From Paraphysomonas bandaiensis (taxonomy: Eukaryota > Protista > Chrysophyceae), in NCBI GenBank assembly GCA_965644295.1, contig CBFFRP010000288.1:1-64000 (forward strand): a stretch of 64,000 nt of DNA. Reading direction: 5' to 3'. The notes under the pieces were generated by a model, which was not told the DNA's origin, searched no databases, and saw nothing but the letters and a program-made list of their open reading frames with translations. Shown here piece by piece: positions 12,058-24,824 of this stretch. Both the position numbers and the translations under genes were made by a program. Positions within the stretch are counted from its first letter, which is position 1. Each line of letters opens with the position of its first letter.

Positions 12058-13093
12058 GTTTGGTAAGATGAGTTATTGCGTAGTAAGAAATGTGTGAGGT
12101 ATGTATAGGTGTATGTGTCTGTTAGTAGCTGAATTGTGAGTTGATGCTGATACTCCCACAGATTGAATCCGATATCTGGATAATCAAACACTTTCCTGCA
12201 CTCTTCTTCATTCATGACAAATGAAAACATACAGAAACAGTGTGGTAGCTTTTCATTGGCTGATGATAATATTGCCATATAGTTGTCTAATTTCCAGATT
12301 TTTATACATAGCAATCATCAAAATGTGACATTTCAGTGCTTCTATCCACAATACAGAGTACAGAGATATACTGTACAATAGAGGGACAATAGATGGGGGT
12401 GCATTGTGTGGAAAGGCTCCATCTCAATGCCTATAGACACCATCGCACAGTCATGTGCGTTACTGTCTTCAAGTTAACAGCTAAAGAGAGAATACACACA
12501 CTCTACATACATACATGGACAAGATATGTACCTCTAAGACAAAGAGCGATGACTAAGAGCTTGACATGTCTGCACTGTAGTGAGTGTGTGTATCTCTGAA
12601 TATGTACAGTACAAACCGCCCAATCCATATATAACCACACAATACTGAACACTGTATATAGTCAGCCGTACAGTATATAGTCAGCACCATAGCGGCCCCT
12701 CAATTGTTGAATACGTATGAACGACAATCGTATGATCCACTTTTTGGACGAACATCTTAATATGAAATCTACTGTACTTCCCGGAATTCTGTGTTGCAGT
12801 GGCATAGCAAAGGTACATTGCTATGTTGCCTGTTGATACGTATGATTGGAGTTGTAATGCTGTGGTTCAGTGCGTGAAGGACTGCTGTAATGCTATCCTG
12901 CAAGAATTGCTATCCAGAGAAGAGAAAGTAATAACCGGGACGGCTCACACAAGTGATAGGAGGCAGTATATGTCATATATACTATCCGCTGGTCCAGGTG
13001 AGATATATGACAAGTTCATTTTTCTTTCTAAACGTTTGTTATAAGTGACTGCATCATTATCGATACTTGTGCCGCATATTGACATCGCAATGA

Positions 13094-13543
13094 ATCACCG
13101 CGTTTGGGGTTTACTGGGGAGAGGACTGTCAATACGACTGTCCTGATCATTGCACCAATGATAGCTGCGACCAAGTTACTGGACTTTGTTTCACTTGTTT
13201 TTCGAATGATTATTGGGGAGATAAATGCGAGAACGACTGTCCTGAGCATTGCACGAATGGTGATTGTGACATGGTCACCGGTCTTTGCTCAATGGGTTGT
13301 TTCTCGTCCGACTAGTGGGGAGATACCTGCGATAAGGCTTGTCCACGTCACTGCGTAAATGGCGATTGCTACCAAGACACCGGCCATTGCATCAGTGGCT
13401 GCTTCTCTTCCGATTACCGGGGAAAGGACTGTCAATACGACTGTCCTGATCATTGCAAATATGGTGATTGCAATCAATCTGACGGCACTGTTACGATGGT
13501 GACAATGGATGAACTGGAATGCCCACGTCGTCGAGCAGTATGA
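13094..13543 (+). pseudogene. 5'-truncated EGF/laminin-EGF-like cysteine-repeat gene fragment (MEGF/SCARF-type repeats)
   Basis: Manual translation from 13112: YWGEDCQYDCPDHCTNDSCDQVTGLCFTCFSNDYWGDKCENDCPEHCTNGDCDMVTGLCSMGCFSSD*WGDTCDKACPRHCVNGDCYQDTGHCISGCFSSDYRGKDCQYDCPDHC. In-frame TAG at 13313; no start codon. Confidence 0.85.
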
Positions 13544-14088
13544 ACACTTCTAGATACAATCATACTGATTAATAGTGGAAGGGGTCAAATTATCGGCATC
13601 TTTTGACTGAGCTGGTGCTGTAAAACTGTAAGACATCATGTGATATGGCGGTTTACGTAGCACCATTATCAGTTATTACTTGTGCTAACATTCTCCCTCG
13701 TAAATGAGTCTGCTTTTTATATGACCACTTATCAGCCACTAACTAGCTAACTAGCATGCATGCAAGCATTTATGCCAATAAATAATTTGGACAATACATT
13801 TATACTGTCATAGTGATGATTTGATATCTGATTGCTACTATCCAGTGTGTCTACGTTCTACGTACTAAGTCGGTATACCCTTTAGGGATAAACCACCACA
13901 AACGTCAAAACGGTTTCTAAACAATCACCAATCTATTCGGATAAAACGTATAAAAACGGTACCTTAGTTATTAACCATAGAGCCATAGTAGTATTAAAAT
14001 ATCATTTTATGTATGTGTGAGCAACGAAAATGTTGCAAATACTCTCTACTCTCTATTCTCTATGAAGAACAATAATCTGGTATACTCT

Positions 14089-14497
14089 TCCCTCAACAAA
14101 GTCGGACTCGCACCTTTTCGTGGTGTTCTGGGGGATAAGTACTGGAGAGATTCTCTCTGGGAAACTAACGTGAGCCGCAAACATATAGTCAGCAGATATT
14201 CTTCTGCCCACGCACAGCCGAATGCTGGTGTGGTACAAGGGACAGCAATAAGCGACGAATAAACAGGCATCCGGGAATGGGCCCACCTCAAGGGCATCCG
14301 GGACAGGGCCCACCTTAAGGGTAACCGGGGTATTGGGCTGCCTGCTGAAGTCAAGCTTCCGGGATGTTCACCTTAAGAACTCAGAGCGCAAGTGGTTACA
14401 CCTTGGTGCTTGCGGCGACGCACAAGCAGCTTCCGCAGCGTTAAATAGTAGGATAAAAAAAGTGTGTCCTGATTAGTTACAGGTAGAGGTCTAACTA
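14089..14497 (+). mobile_element. Dispersed SINE-like structured element, copy A (5' end intact, 3' end lost)
   Basis: Highly similar to 63507-64000 and 30200-30606; begins TCCCTCAACAAAGTCGGACTCGCACC. Confidence 0.85.
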
Positions 14498-14865
14498 TTA
14501 TTTAATGAGAACGGTTGTGTATAGGCACTAGTTTTACATCTATAGACTAACTAATAACTGGACTTGCTATATATCTATATATAGTATTTGTATATTGTTC
14601 GCTATCTCAGCGACTAGATGTATAAATTCTATATAGTATATAGTATAGTGAGAATATCTATAAAAACAATTTCAATTCAAACTATATATCTATGACTACA
14701 TGGAAATATAATATGACCCAAAGTATAACGTGTAACGTATATATACCATTCGACACTTAATTACAGCGCAGTGCACAGAAAGTTTCGACATAGCGTGTGA
14801 CCGACTGCTTTGCCAGATGGAACTTACAGGATGTAACTAAAATACGCTTTACACATGCACTAAAT

Positions 14866-16514
14866 CTATGAAATTCTCGGTCGTTTCCTCTCATAATCAC
14901 AATTGCATTTATCTGCTAAACTTCCAACGTATACACCAAATAGCAAATAGCCTCCAGATGTCGACATATTCATATCGGGGTGATATCTATTTGGGAGTGT
15001 CTGATAATCCCGCATCCATGCGTCAACAATCTGTAGTTTTATTCCAATTTCATTCGATTGTAAGTAGATGTAGCATTCCACCAATGGGTCTAGAAATTCG
15101 CAATAAACAACAAATGGAGAACTTGGAACTAGTAACTTGATACTATTTTGTAAAATAGTGAGAGGGTGGTACTTCGAGGCAATAATAAGACTGCATAAAA
15201 CGACTAGACGTTAAGTGTATAATTTGCAAGAATTGTATTATACCTTTGGATACCTTCTCTCAAATACTGCCGAACTTTGATCACATCTGCTTGTTGCCGC
15301 CCACTAGACTGATAAGATCGCTGTTTGCTTACTTCCACGGTACTATCGCCATGAGATTCACTTGGATTGCTATTCTCCGCTGGCTTCCCGCTAGGACAAT
15401 TGCTTGCAGCGATTGCTTGTTCTTCCGCCTCAGCAAATGCAGATTTTGCACTTGCGTTGTTCAAAAAGCCACTCGACTCCGAAACGAAATTAACAGCAGG
15501 AACAATTTCTGCACTTGGGATAGGCTGATAAAAAAGTCACTATGAATACAAGCAATAAGTTGTGAAGGACCTGAATGATGTCAGTGTCTTCATTGGAAAG
15601 ATTTAATCGATCTACTATATCGAAATGAGGTTGCTGACCAAAATATACACCCAATATTTTGCCATGACCTGTCAAAAAACCAATAAACACTAAGTTTTTT
15701 GAGTGGAGATTCTTTCTACCTCGCATTCTATATGCAGCAGCTCCCACAACTAGACCAATCGTAGAATCAAATATCAAAGCTTTTACCCCAGCAAAAATGC
15801 CACCATGGCTCAATATTTGTGCTAGGCTATCGGAGCGAATATTACTGTAATATAGGTATATGAGGTATAATACACTGCACAATACAACCAAAATACCAAA
15901 TCTTTTGGGCACTCTTTCGGAAGTAAACATCACAAAGAGTTTTTGGGCAGCACTTTATGATTCTCATGACTTGGGTGTACCTAGTATTAGACGTTCGATA
16001 TAAAAATTGCAGAATATTATTAAAGAAACTAACTTTTTTTCTTTGCGTCGAATCCACTTCTCTTGAGAAAACTTAGTTTTGTTGCTCCACGTGTCACTGT
16101 TCTTTATTAGCGAAGCAATAATGTCATTAGCTGAGGCGCCTTCTTCACGTAGACTATCAATATCAGCACAAGTTAGCCTCTGGGCAGTATTAGTATCCGT
16201 AAAGGAGCGATTATCCCCAGGAGTTGCTGTCATCTCTTGTCCTACATAGTCTAACATCGTATACATATCAGTATATGAATGAAATGAATATAAAATCAAC
16301 CTTCTTTACGTAAAACACACGTTTCATTTACACGAAATAATTTCCTTCCACGTATTTCAAAGATAGATCCATATGGTACACCAACTATAGGCGAGACATT
16401 GACGCGACTCTTTCCAATCCTTTGCTCAGTACTTCTCTTTATTTTTATTATTGTATCAATATCATCATGCATACGAACTATTACAGTATCACCATCTTTC
16501 ACTAACTCTGTCAT
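14866..16514 (-). CDS. TRM6: tRNA (adenine-58-N1)-methyltransferase non-catalytic subunit TRM6/Gcd10, multi-exon
   Basis: Motifs GVPYGSIFEI, DNRSFTDTNTAQRLT, KTKFSQEKWIRRKEKK, IRSDSLAQIL and RDYQTLPNRYHPDMNMSTSGGYLL, spread over ORF pieces joined by ~50-nt GT-AG introns. Confidence 0.93.
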
Positions 16515-17349
16515 TGGATGGATGAATTAAGGGATATATGTTTAATTGAGTGGTATTGTAATGAGCCCATATATATATGTATGTATGTATGTATGTAGAG
16601 ATGGCTTGACAATAGAAGTGCAGCCACTCATACTCTATGGTCTCTAAAAATCCAGGATTTTTACTGTGAATTTTACGGATTCTCCCAAAATTAGTAGAAC
16701 AAATCGAAAAGTTCCTGATTTGATGGTCGTCCTAACAAATGTACCATATACTTTGTACTGTAGCACTGTGTACAGCAGCTCCTGTATGGCTGTACAGCAG
16801 TACATACTATCATGCATATGATCCACTATCCTCTATATATCATGTACAATCTAAGCAGCCATATCATCCATGTATAAGATACTAACACTGTCATTGGAAC
16901 AAACAATTAGCATGATAACCCTACACCCCATACACACACACCAGTAGACATTCCCTGTATACAGAGCCATATAAACAGCATCTTGTATACTAGTAACAGG
17001 ATTATATAGCAACGCTAGTTCCTCATACTGTAGCGCATATTGCCATCACCCTCAATCTAGTTTACATCCACTCGATTCCCCTTCCGTTCGTTATACCGAT
17101 ATACAGTTGTCATATATGTAATATGCTTCTCTAAAAGACGTGTGGTTACTAAATCAAATATAGTCGTAGCTGTAGAATTGAAGATATTGAAATTATACGC
17201 CATTGTATAAAGTGAAATTAGAATGACCCTCTAGAAGTATAAACAATATAATTACATACTTTAAATTGCTGAAAGCGCCTGATTCTTCATATTTATTGCA
17301 ACACCAGCAACTCATTATTCCCCTTGATTGAGTATTAGATAAACATTAA

Positions 17350-17470
17350 ATATTATGAATCAGACCTTCGACAATGCTGTTGTGAAAGTCCAAAGCGGAT
17401 TGGAAGACACTCTCACTCGATCCGCTGTTAGACAGAACTGATGAAGAAGTTGGCAAACTTTAATTTGACA
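17350..17470 (-). mobile_element. Possible degraded hAT transposase C-terminal fragment
   Basis: Minus-strand translation SVLSNSGSSESVFQ resembles the hAT dimerisation motif (S..SER.FS). Short and frameshifted. Confidence 0.25.
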
Positions 17471-18379
17471 ATAGTTGGCAATTTAATTGTTACACAGCCC
17501 TAGTGATTAACAGTATTACATTACATAGAATTATAGTAATGAAACTGAAATATAATAATATCTGAAAATATTGAGTGGTAGTTGAGAGTGGTTGAGAGAA
17601 TATAGTTCTAGCAAATATCAATTATCAATGAATGAAGAGAGATGTTAATTTATTAAATGATTATTCTGGGAGTTCTAGATCAATTTATTACAGTTCTCTA
17701 ATAATATAACTACTGATGGAGAGCAGCCAGACAAACAGAGAAGAAAGCCCTTCTACGAAGAGGCGTTTTAAAGATAGTTCGTCGACCATCTGGGGTCATA
17801 TTAACCAGATGTAAGTATGTTCTATGCTCATAAACTCCTTGGCAACATACAGACTTGTCGCACTAGAAAATCTTCAGGAGAAGACTGAGGAGGCCTCTCT
17901 GCCTCTAGGAAACTGTGTGGCTCATTTGCAGTGCTCTTCTCTGAACCCATGATATTTACATCGGCATCCAGCATATAGATTGAATTTTGGCGGTCCACCA
18001 ATCAATATATTTTACAATATATTGTTACCGAATTTTGACCCATACACCTACTACGCCATCTCTTATAACCCTTGTTTCAGTTGCTGCTTCATTCACAAGT
18101 ATATATCACGAAAACACATTGAATTATATAGTTTTTGGCTTATTACTAGCGTGTAGGTTCTACATATCATATAATAGCAAGTAAGGGAGTAATGAAAAGA
18201 ATATATTGACAACAGCAACGTGCAACAACAGAGCATTGAATCAGCATAAAGCTTATATTGCTAGTTTCAACATTTTAATCAGATGACATGCTATAAAAAA
18301 ACTTTTCGTTGGTCACAAAACCAGCGGTCAAGATGGCAGTGACGGCAAATGTATATATCTCGACGGAGGACCTCGCAAC

Positions 18380-20800
18380 TTAAAATCCTTCAAATATATT
18401 ATGGTTCCCAGTGTAGTTCTTAAAATCGACGCTGCAGTTGAGATTTTCTGGAGATGGAACTTTCGCATCAGGAATATAAAGAGGTTTCAATGAACGACTT
18501 TCCAGTGCGGCTATATCGACCTTCGCGAAGTACTTATGGTCCAAAATACACACCGTACTCCCCTCCTGATAACTAATGCGACTGCAACAGATTTAGAAAA
18601 GATATAACTTGATATCATACGTACTCAGTTGGTTCTGCCTTTAGAAGTTGGGCAATTAGAGCGCGGGCATTTGGTGATCCGTCGCGAGAGTCAATAGAAG
18701 ATGACAGGGAGACACCGCTTCTCTAAACACATAGGTGACACAAAAATACCAGCGACAAAACAGAAATACCTTTACAGAAGCAATATTGGTGAACAGCTCT
18801 GTCATATCATTTCTTCTCTTCGGATTAAATGGAGTCTTTACAAGATACATTTCATGCATCATGACGCCTAAGGCCCACAGATCAACAGAATGATCATTGC
18901 CAGTGTTAAAAATAAATTCTGGTGCCAAATATTCTGCAACGCAACATTAGAAAAAGTACAGAAACAACTAACTAGATACCTGGTGTTCCACACAAAGTAT
19001 ACGACTTCACGTGTACTTTAATATCCCCAGTGTTAGGATCCGTTACTGTGTATGGAATTTTCTTCGCAAATCCGAAATCAATGACTCTAATATTTCCAGT
19101 GTCATCGATCATAATATTCTCGGGCTATGAAAAACGTGAATACGTATCAAAAACTGCGCACGACTTACTTTCAGATCCCTGTAGGCGATGTTTTTGCTAT
19201 GAATATGAGATAGCGCAATAACAATGGAAGCGGTGTAAAAATGCACCAGTTCAGATGGCAAGCCCTTCTTATACACAGAGTTTTCATATATGACACTCCA
19301 CAGGTCTCCTCTATCAACTCGTTCTGTAACCAATACGAGTTCTTTTGGAGTCTGATATGACCCCAAAACTTTGACTACAAAAGGGGAACGAACGGCAGAT
19401 ATTAATTTCCTTTCATCCAGTACATGCCGAAGCTGACCAGTTTCTATGACACCAATTTTACTCAGTCTCTTCAACGCGTATGTTGAATTATTCTTGACAT
19501 ATCGTGCCATCATCACTATTCCGTAGCTTCCACGACCAAGTACCTGTAAAAACTCAAAGTCTGTCTCCTCAAATTCAATTTCTTTTTCATATTCTTGGGG
19601 GTCGATAGGGGCAACACAACTGCCTACAGCAGTAGCAGAAATTTCTCCATGTCCATTGTTTGCCATAAGACTTGGAAGCACTTCACTGACAGGACCATAG
19701 AGTCTTTCAAATAGGTCAACAGTAAAAATAGAGCACTGGACAATATCTAATGCTTGAACTCTAACTGGACATTGAACTCCGCCAGCCATTCCAGCATCTG
19801 ATTCAATTTGCACCCATTTCCACGCACCATAGTCACTCTGGTCCACCTTTGCTCGAAGGGCAGCTATACCGATCAGGCATCCTTCATATACGGTACATGT
19901 ACCATCATTATTGTGTATGACGTTCGGCTCGTCCTTGGAGTTGGCTTTATTTACAGCAACATTGTCGCGATTCATAAATGAATACAACTCGTTAATAGAC
20001 ATCGCACTGACACTTTTTCTTCTGTTACCAATAGGGCGAATAATTCCGAGCTTAGCATCCACTTCGTCTATATCCAAGGATTCCATTCCTGGTGGGAGAT
20101 TAATTACCGCCGAACCCTTTTCAATTAAAACGATCTTGCCCGTCACAGCACCCTTTTCATATATGTTTTCACCAGCTTTAAAAGTCATGGTTTGCAGGGC
20201 ACCCATCAGTCGAGACATTTCAACTGATCCCAAAGCCTGTAGTTCAGGGCAATTGATAAGCCAATTACTCCTTTGCATCATTGAAGCTGACGCAGCCATC
20301 GCTTGAATATTTTTAAACATTTCTCTCGAAAGTACCCAGAAAGTACAATCAGATATACATTTCACAGTAGCACTACGTGGTGCATTATATAGAAGAGCAA
20401 GTTCCCCAATAAGCGCACCCCTATGCATATGTCTGATAACAGTACCATCAATAGTAACCTCTAGATCACCACCTTCTACTACATATAACTTGGAACCAGC
20501 TTCACCTTCTTTCATAATATATGTCCCACATTGCTCTGACTCATGTTTCATAGCACGTAACAATAGATCCATCCTTAAGCCATCTTCTTCTTCATCTTCT
20601 AAAAAAAAGAAACCACCCAATGCATCACTTAATAATTCTTTAGTTGATTCATCCATTGTACTATCCACATCAGCTTTAAGCATATTCACAAACTCTGTTT
20701 TATCTAATTCTTCATTAGCTTTTTCAAATATAGGAACACGACGAACTGCTTCATAATTGACATCATTAATTCGTGTAGATTTAGATGATCCACCACCCAT
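18380..20800 (-). CDS. PKG: cGMP-dependent protein kinase-like (cNMP-binding domains plus AGC kinase), multi-exon
   Basis: N-terminal MGGGSS; cNMP motif [15 protein letters not shown]; kinase motifs LGRGSYG, YRDLK, DFGFAK, TLCGTPEY, DLWALG; 3' introns; stop at 18380-18382. Confidence 0.9.
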
Positions 20801-21498
20801 GTTTGTTAAATATAAAATTAATAGAAAAAAATAATATTTATTTTAAGATAGAATGCTGATAGTTGAGGCAATCTAACTCTCTATTCTCTATAGTGTGGGT
20901 GGTATAGTGTGGTATAGTAGTGTTATATTAATATGGTGATGAATAGAGAGCCGCTAGCAGTAATGTACGTATATAGTAGAGTGATATTCAGATATGGCTC
21001 TTATTCTATAGTAGAATATAAAGAGTATCAAAGTTCAATACACTTTCTTTATATTCATACCATAATTAGACGCATATGGAAACACTTCACTTCATGTTAT
21101 CTTGACTTCGACTTCACTTACGATCATCTCAAAAAAATGTGTAACGCTTTTTTTAGAATGAAATGGGTGGCAGTTATACAGAGAAATATACAATGAGGTA
21201 TACAATGTATTCCTTGATAGTGTGGAATCTATATGTAGCCGTGTTTTTTTTTGAACGGATTACATATCTCAATATAATATGAAAATGTGTGGTGGAAATA
21301 CAACACAAGACCTCATGATGGAGAACACGCATATGGTATATACATACAGCATCTATAGATGCATAGTATACACAGCATCCCTCTGCATATGATCATGTAT
21401 GTATTACAGCCTCTCCCACTCATATATATATATATATATATACATCATTCATATCACAATTAGATTATATTCCATTGTATTTATAATACAAAGTAATC

Positions 21499-23210
21499 AT
21501 GTCACTTGTATTTGATGAATATGGTCGTCCATTTATTATATTGCGTGAACAGCAAGAGCAAGCTCGTGTCAAGGGACTCGAAGCACAGAAAGTAAACACA
21601 CAGTCTCCCTATATATACATATATAATTCATAGAATTTAATTGTAGGCAAATATATTGGCAGCAAGATCAGTATCGAGTTTGTTGAGGACATCACTTGGA
21701 CCGAAAGGTTGATATATATATAGAATGACATGTCTCTGCTAAGCCCATTGTAGGTATGGATAAGATGCTTGTAAGCTCTGATGGAGATGTCACTATTACA
21801 AATGATGGAGCAACTATTCTTCAGAAAATGGAAGTTGAGCACCAAGTTGCTAAGCTTCTTGTTGATCTTTCTCAGTCTCAGGACAATGAAATTGGGGATG
21901 GAACAACTGGAGTGACTGTTCTTGCCGGTGCCATGCTTGAGCAGGCTGAAAAGTTACTTGATAAGGGATTGCACCCTGTAAGAATCTCGGAAGGGTTTGA
22001 GCAGGCGGCTGAAGTTGCATTGAAGCATTTGGAAGAGATTTCTGATAGGGTTAACTTTTCCAAGGATAACACCACTCCTCTCATTGATACTGCAATGACC
22101 ACTTTAAGCTCGAAAATTATCAATGTCTATAAGCGAAAGATGGCAAAGATTGCCGTAGATGCTGTACTATCTGTTGCTGATTTGGAGAACAACGATGTGA
22201 ACTTTGATATGATTAAAGTTGAGGGTAAAGCTGGAGGTCGCCTAGAAGAAACCGAGCTGATACATGGAATTGTAATTGATAAGGAGTTCAGTCACCCACA
22301 GATGCCCAAAGAATTAAGAGACGTCCGGATGTGTATTTTGACCTGTCCGTTTGAGCCACCAAAGCCCAAGACAAAACATAAGCTGGACATTACCTCGAAG
22401 GAAGCTTATGAAAGACTTTTTATGCGCGAGCAAGAATACTTTACGACTATGGTAAAGCAATGCAAGGATTCTGGAGCGAATTTAGTCATTTGTCAGTGGG
22501 GTTTTGATGATGAGGCGAACCATCTACTTCTTCAAAATGATCTTCCTGCTGTGAGATGGGTTGGAGGAGTTGAGTTGGAACTGATTGCCATTGCCACTGG
22601 GGGTCGTATTGTGCCGAGGTTTCAAGAGCTTGAACCCGAGAAATTAGGTAAAGCCGGCGTTGTCAGGGAAGTGAGCTTTGGAACTACCAAAGAGCGCATG
22701 CTTGTAATTGAAGAATGCTCCAGCTCCAGTGCAGTAACTATTCTTATTCGTGGTGGAAATAAAATGATAGTTGATGAGGCCAAACGTTCCCTTCACGATG
22801 CCATGTGTGTTGTGCGAAATCTCGTCAAAGATAACCGCGTTGTGTATGGAGGGGGGTCTGCTGAAATTGCTTGCTCTATAGCTGTATCCTCATATGCTGA
22901 CACAGTTCCTGGAATTGAACAGTATGCAATCAGGGCTTTTGCAGATGCTCTTGACGATTTACCCATGGCACTGGCCGAAAACGCAGGCCTGTCCCCAATT
23001 TCTGAGGTTACTTCGATTAAGTCTCGCCAAATATCTGAAAAGAATCCCAGACTTGGTGTCGATTGTAATCAGATTGGAACAAATGATATGAGGGAGCATC
23101 TGGTCTTTGAGACATTGATTGGTAAACAGCAGCAAATTCAGCTGGCAACCCAAGTTGTGAAGATGATCTTGAAGATTGACGATGTCATAATGCACGGAGG
23201 ATATAATTAA
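21499..23210 (+). CDS. CCT5: T-complex protein 1 subunit epsilon, two short 5' introns
   Basis: Exon 1 [18 protein letters not shown]; motifs [56 protein letters not shown]. Confidence 0.98.
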
Positions 23211-23567
23211 TTTTTAGGCATCCTGTTTTCGGGTTATACCGTCCTCGAAAAAGTAGTAGTGTGCTGTTCTTATGATGATTTGCGATAATTGTCGCCTATT
23301 TCGTAAGGCTAAGCGGATTTAAGTTTTACCTTTATATCACTTTTCGCTACTTTATCGTATATGACAAATGACAGTAAGAGACTAGCCCCAGTATAGCCAC
23401 AGTCACCCCACATTGCCGTAAACCGTAAATATGGTAATAAGCACATATAACGACGACAAAAGGAGTGATAAGATAAGTGAGATTTATCCCTTTCCTCTTA
23501 TCTTCATTACTAGGGCTGCGCATCAATTAATTAACCCAGATTACTTGCTGTCCCAATTGATTGATAT

Positions 23568-23858
23568 AATTATGAGCAATAAAGGTGTAAAAGTCGGAAC
23601 CAATGTAGCAAAACAATTTAACTAACTAGTGCTTAACTCTTAACTCTGATATGATACTATTAGGCACTACAAAAGCTGCTTGGCGGGCCCATTCTTTTCG
23701 TAAAGAGGCCCAAAAACCAAAGACTAGCTAGTGTCACAAGTATTAGGCTATCATGGTGGGCAAAATAATATATATGCGGCTCACGATAATTTCCCGGAGA
23801 AATATCTCCCGTACTTATCCCCCAGAACACAGCAGGTGCGCGTCCGAATTCGTTGAGG
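23568..23858 (-). mobile_element. SINE-like element, diverged and internally deleted copy B
   Basis: Reverse complement matches both the 5' domain (CCTCAACGAATTCGGACGCGCACC...CGTGAGCC) and the 3' tail of the family. Confidence 0.75.
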
Positions 23859-23905
23859 AAAGTGTCCAGATAGAAGCTAATGTAGAGTCCCCTAGCTAGT
23901 CTGTA

Positions 23906-23975
23906 GCAGGGCCTGATAACCATTAATGATGGCCCATTAATAATGCCGTTACCATTAATGGTTAACAGGCCCTGC
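23906..23975. mobile_element. 70-bp near-perfect hairpin, MITE-like with CAGGG termini (hAT-like)
   Basis: GCAGGGCCTGATAACCATTAATG ... CATTAATGGTTAACAGGCCCTGC, 22 of 23 positions inverted-complementary. Confidence 0.65.
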
Positions 23976-24199
23976 CCTGTAAAACCCCACCGTAAAAAAG
24001 ATCTTTCTTGCGGAGCTTACTAGCTATTTGTTGCATATATATCCACCAGACGTGAGTACCCATTAGAAATAAACATCATAGTAAATGATATTATATGTGA
24101 CGTTTTGGCAACATCGTTTATATCTTGTTTTCGACCTCTATGTCTAAGGCTCCCGTAAATTTTCATCCCGTATATATATATGATCTAAAAATAGTTCTG

Positions 24200-24560
24200 A
24201 CTGGAACTTGGTGTTCTTTTGTATCAATGGTTTTTCCACAAAAGAAAAAGGATGAGTATCCATAATCGCCAACTGATACTCATTCCACGCTTGAGGTTAT
24301 ACCTTGCGGTTTCCGATAGTATTTATCCATCGTACCACCACATCACTGTGAAAACTTTTTCTTTGCAGCCAAGTGCTTGATGGCATGCTCCACCCATGAC
24401 CCTTCTTTCGCCTCAGTCACCTTTTCCAACTCCTTAATTTTTGCCAAGTCTCTAAATATTAAGAAACCTCTGCATTTATTTTTTCAAACAACTCTCAAGT
24501 AGTCAAGTAGTGACTTCTGGTACCAGTTTATCGTTCATATTGCCAATGGAATGTTATGTC
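24200..24560 (-). mobile_element. Degraded hAT-type transposase fragment
   Basis: Broken frames give GSWVEHAIKH and AWNEYQLAIMDTHPFSFVEK, similar to the hAT D..PFS.VE motif. Confidence 0.4.
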
Positions 24561-24824
24561 AGATAAATCCAAAAGCTTTTAGCACTATTTTTGTTGTAGT
24601 ATTACATTTGTCAGTATGAAGTATGAAGTCGTCGATAAAGCATAAAATATATAAAATTATTTTTGAGAATAATAATATATATGTATGATGTATGTATTTC
24701 ACAGAGTATTAATAATTTTGAATCGTTATTTTTGTCTTAAAAATATATATATTTGAAAAAAACTGCCGTCATATGAAAGGTGGATTACATTCATTCCAAA
24801 TTTTTAAACTTTAATTAATACAAA

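Larger units (their letters stand above)
1..13069. repeat. Tandem array of a ~2.12-kb unit (periods 2127, 2127, 2115, 2127, 2137, 2115 bp), >99% identical, extending beyond the left edge
   Basis: The same ORF set recurs at 75, 2202, 4329, 6444, 8571, 10708 and 12823. Length differences come from a GTATAGGTGTAT-type minisatellite. Identity stops at ...CGATACTTG (13069). Confidence 0.99.

Noticed and set aside
13870-13895. TTTAGGG telomere-like motif
   Set aside because: Single copy only
14100-14215. Group I intron or hammerhead reading of the dispersed element (CATATAGTC resembles the S element)
   Set aside because: No P4-P6 core, no host exon and no CUGANGA hammerhead core
14017-14354. ORFs inside SINE-like copies (also 30318-30542 and 63402-63954)
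   Set aside because: Frames are not conserved between copies
17716-17815. Short ORF ending STIWGHI as the start of a BED finger
   Set aside because: No downstream Cys/His ligands found
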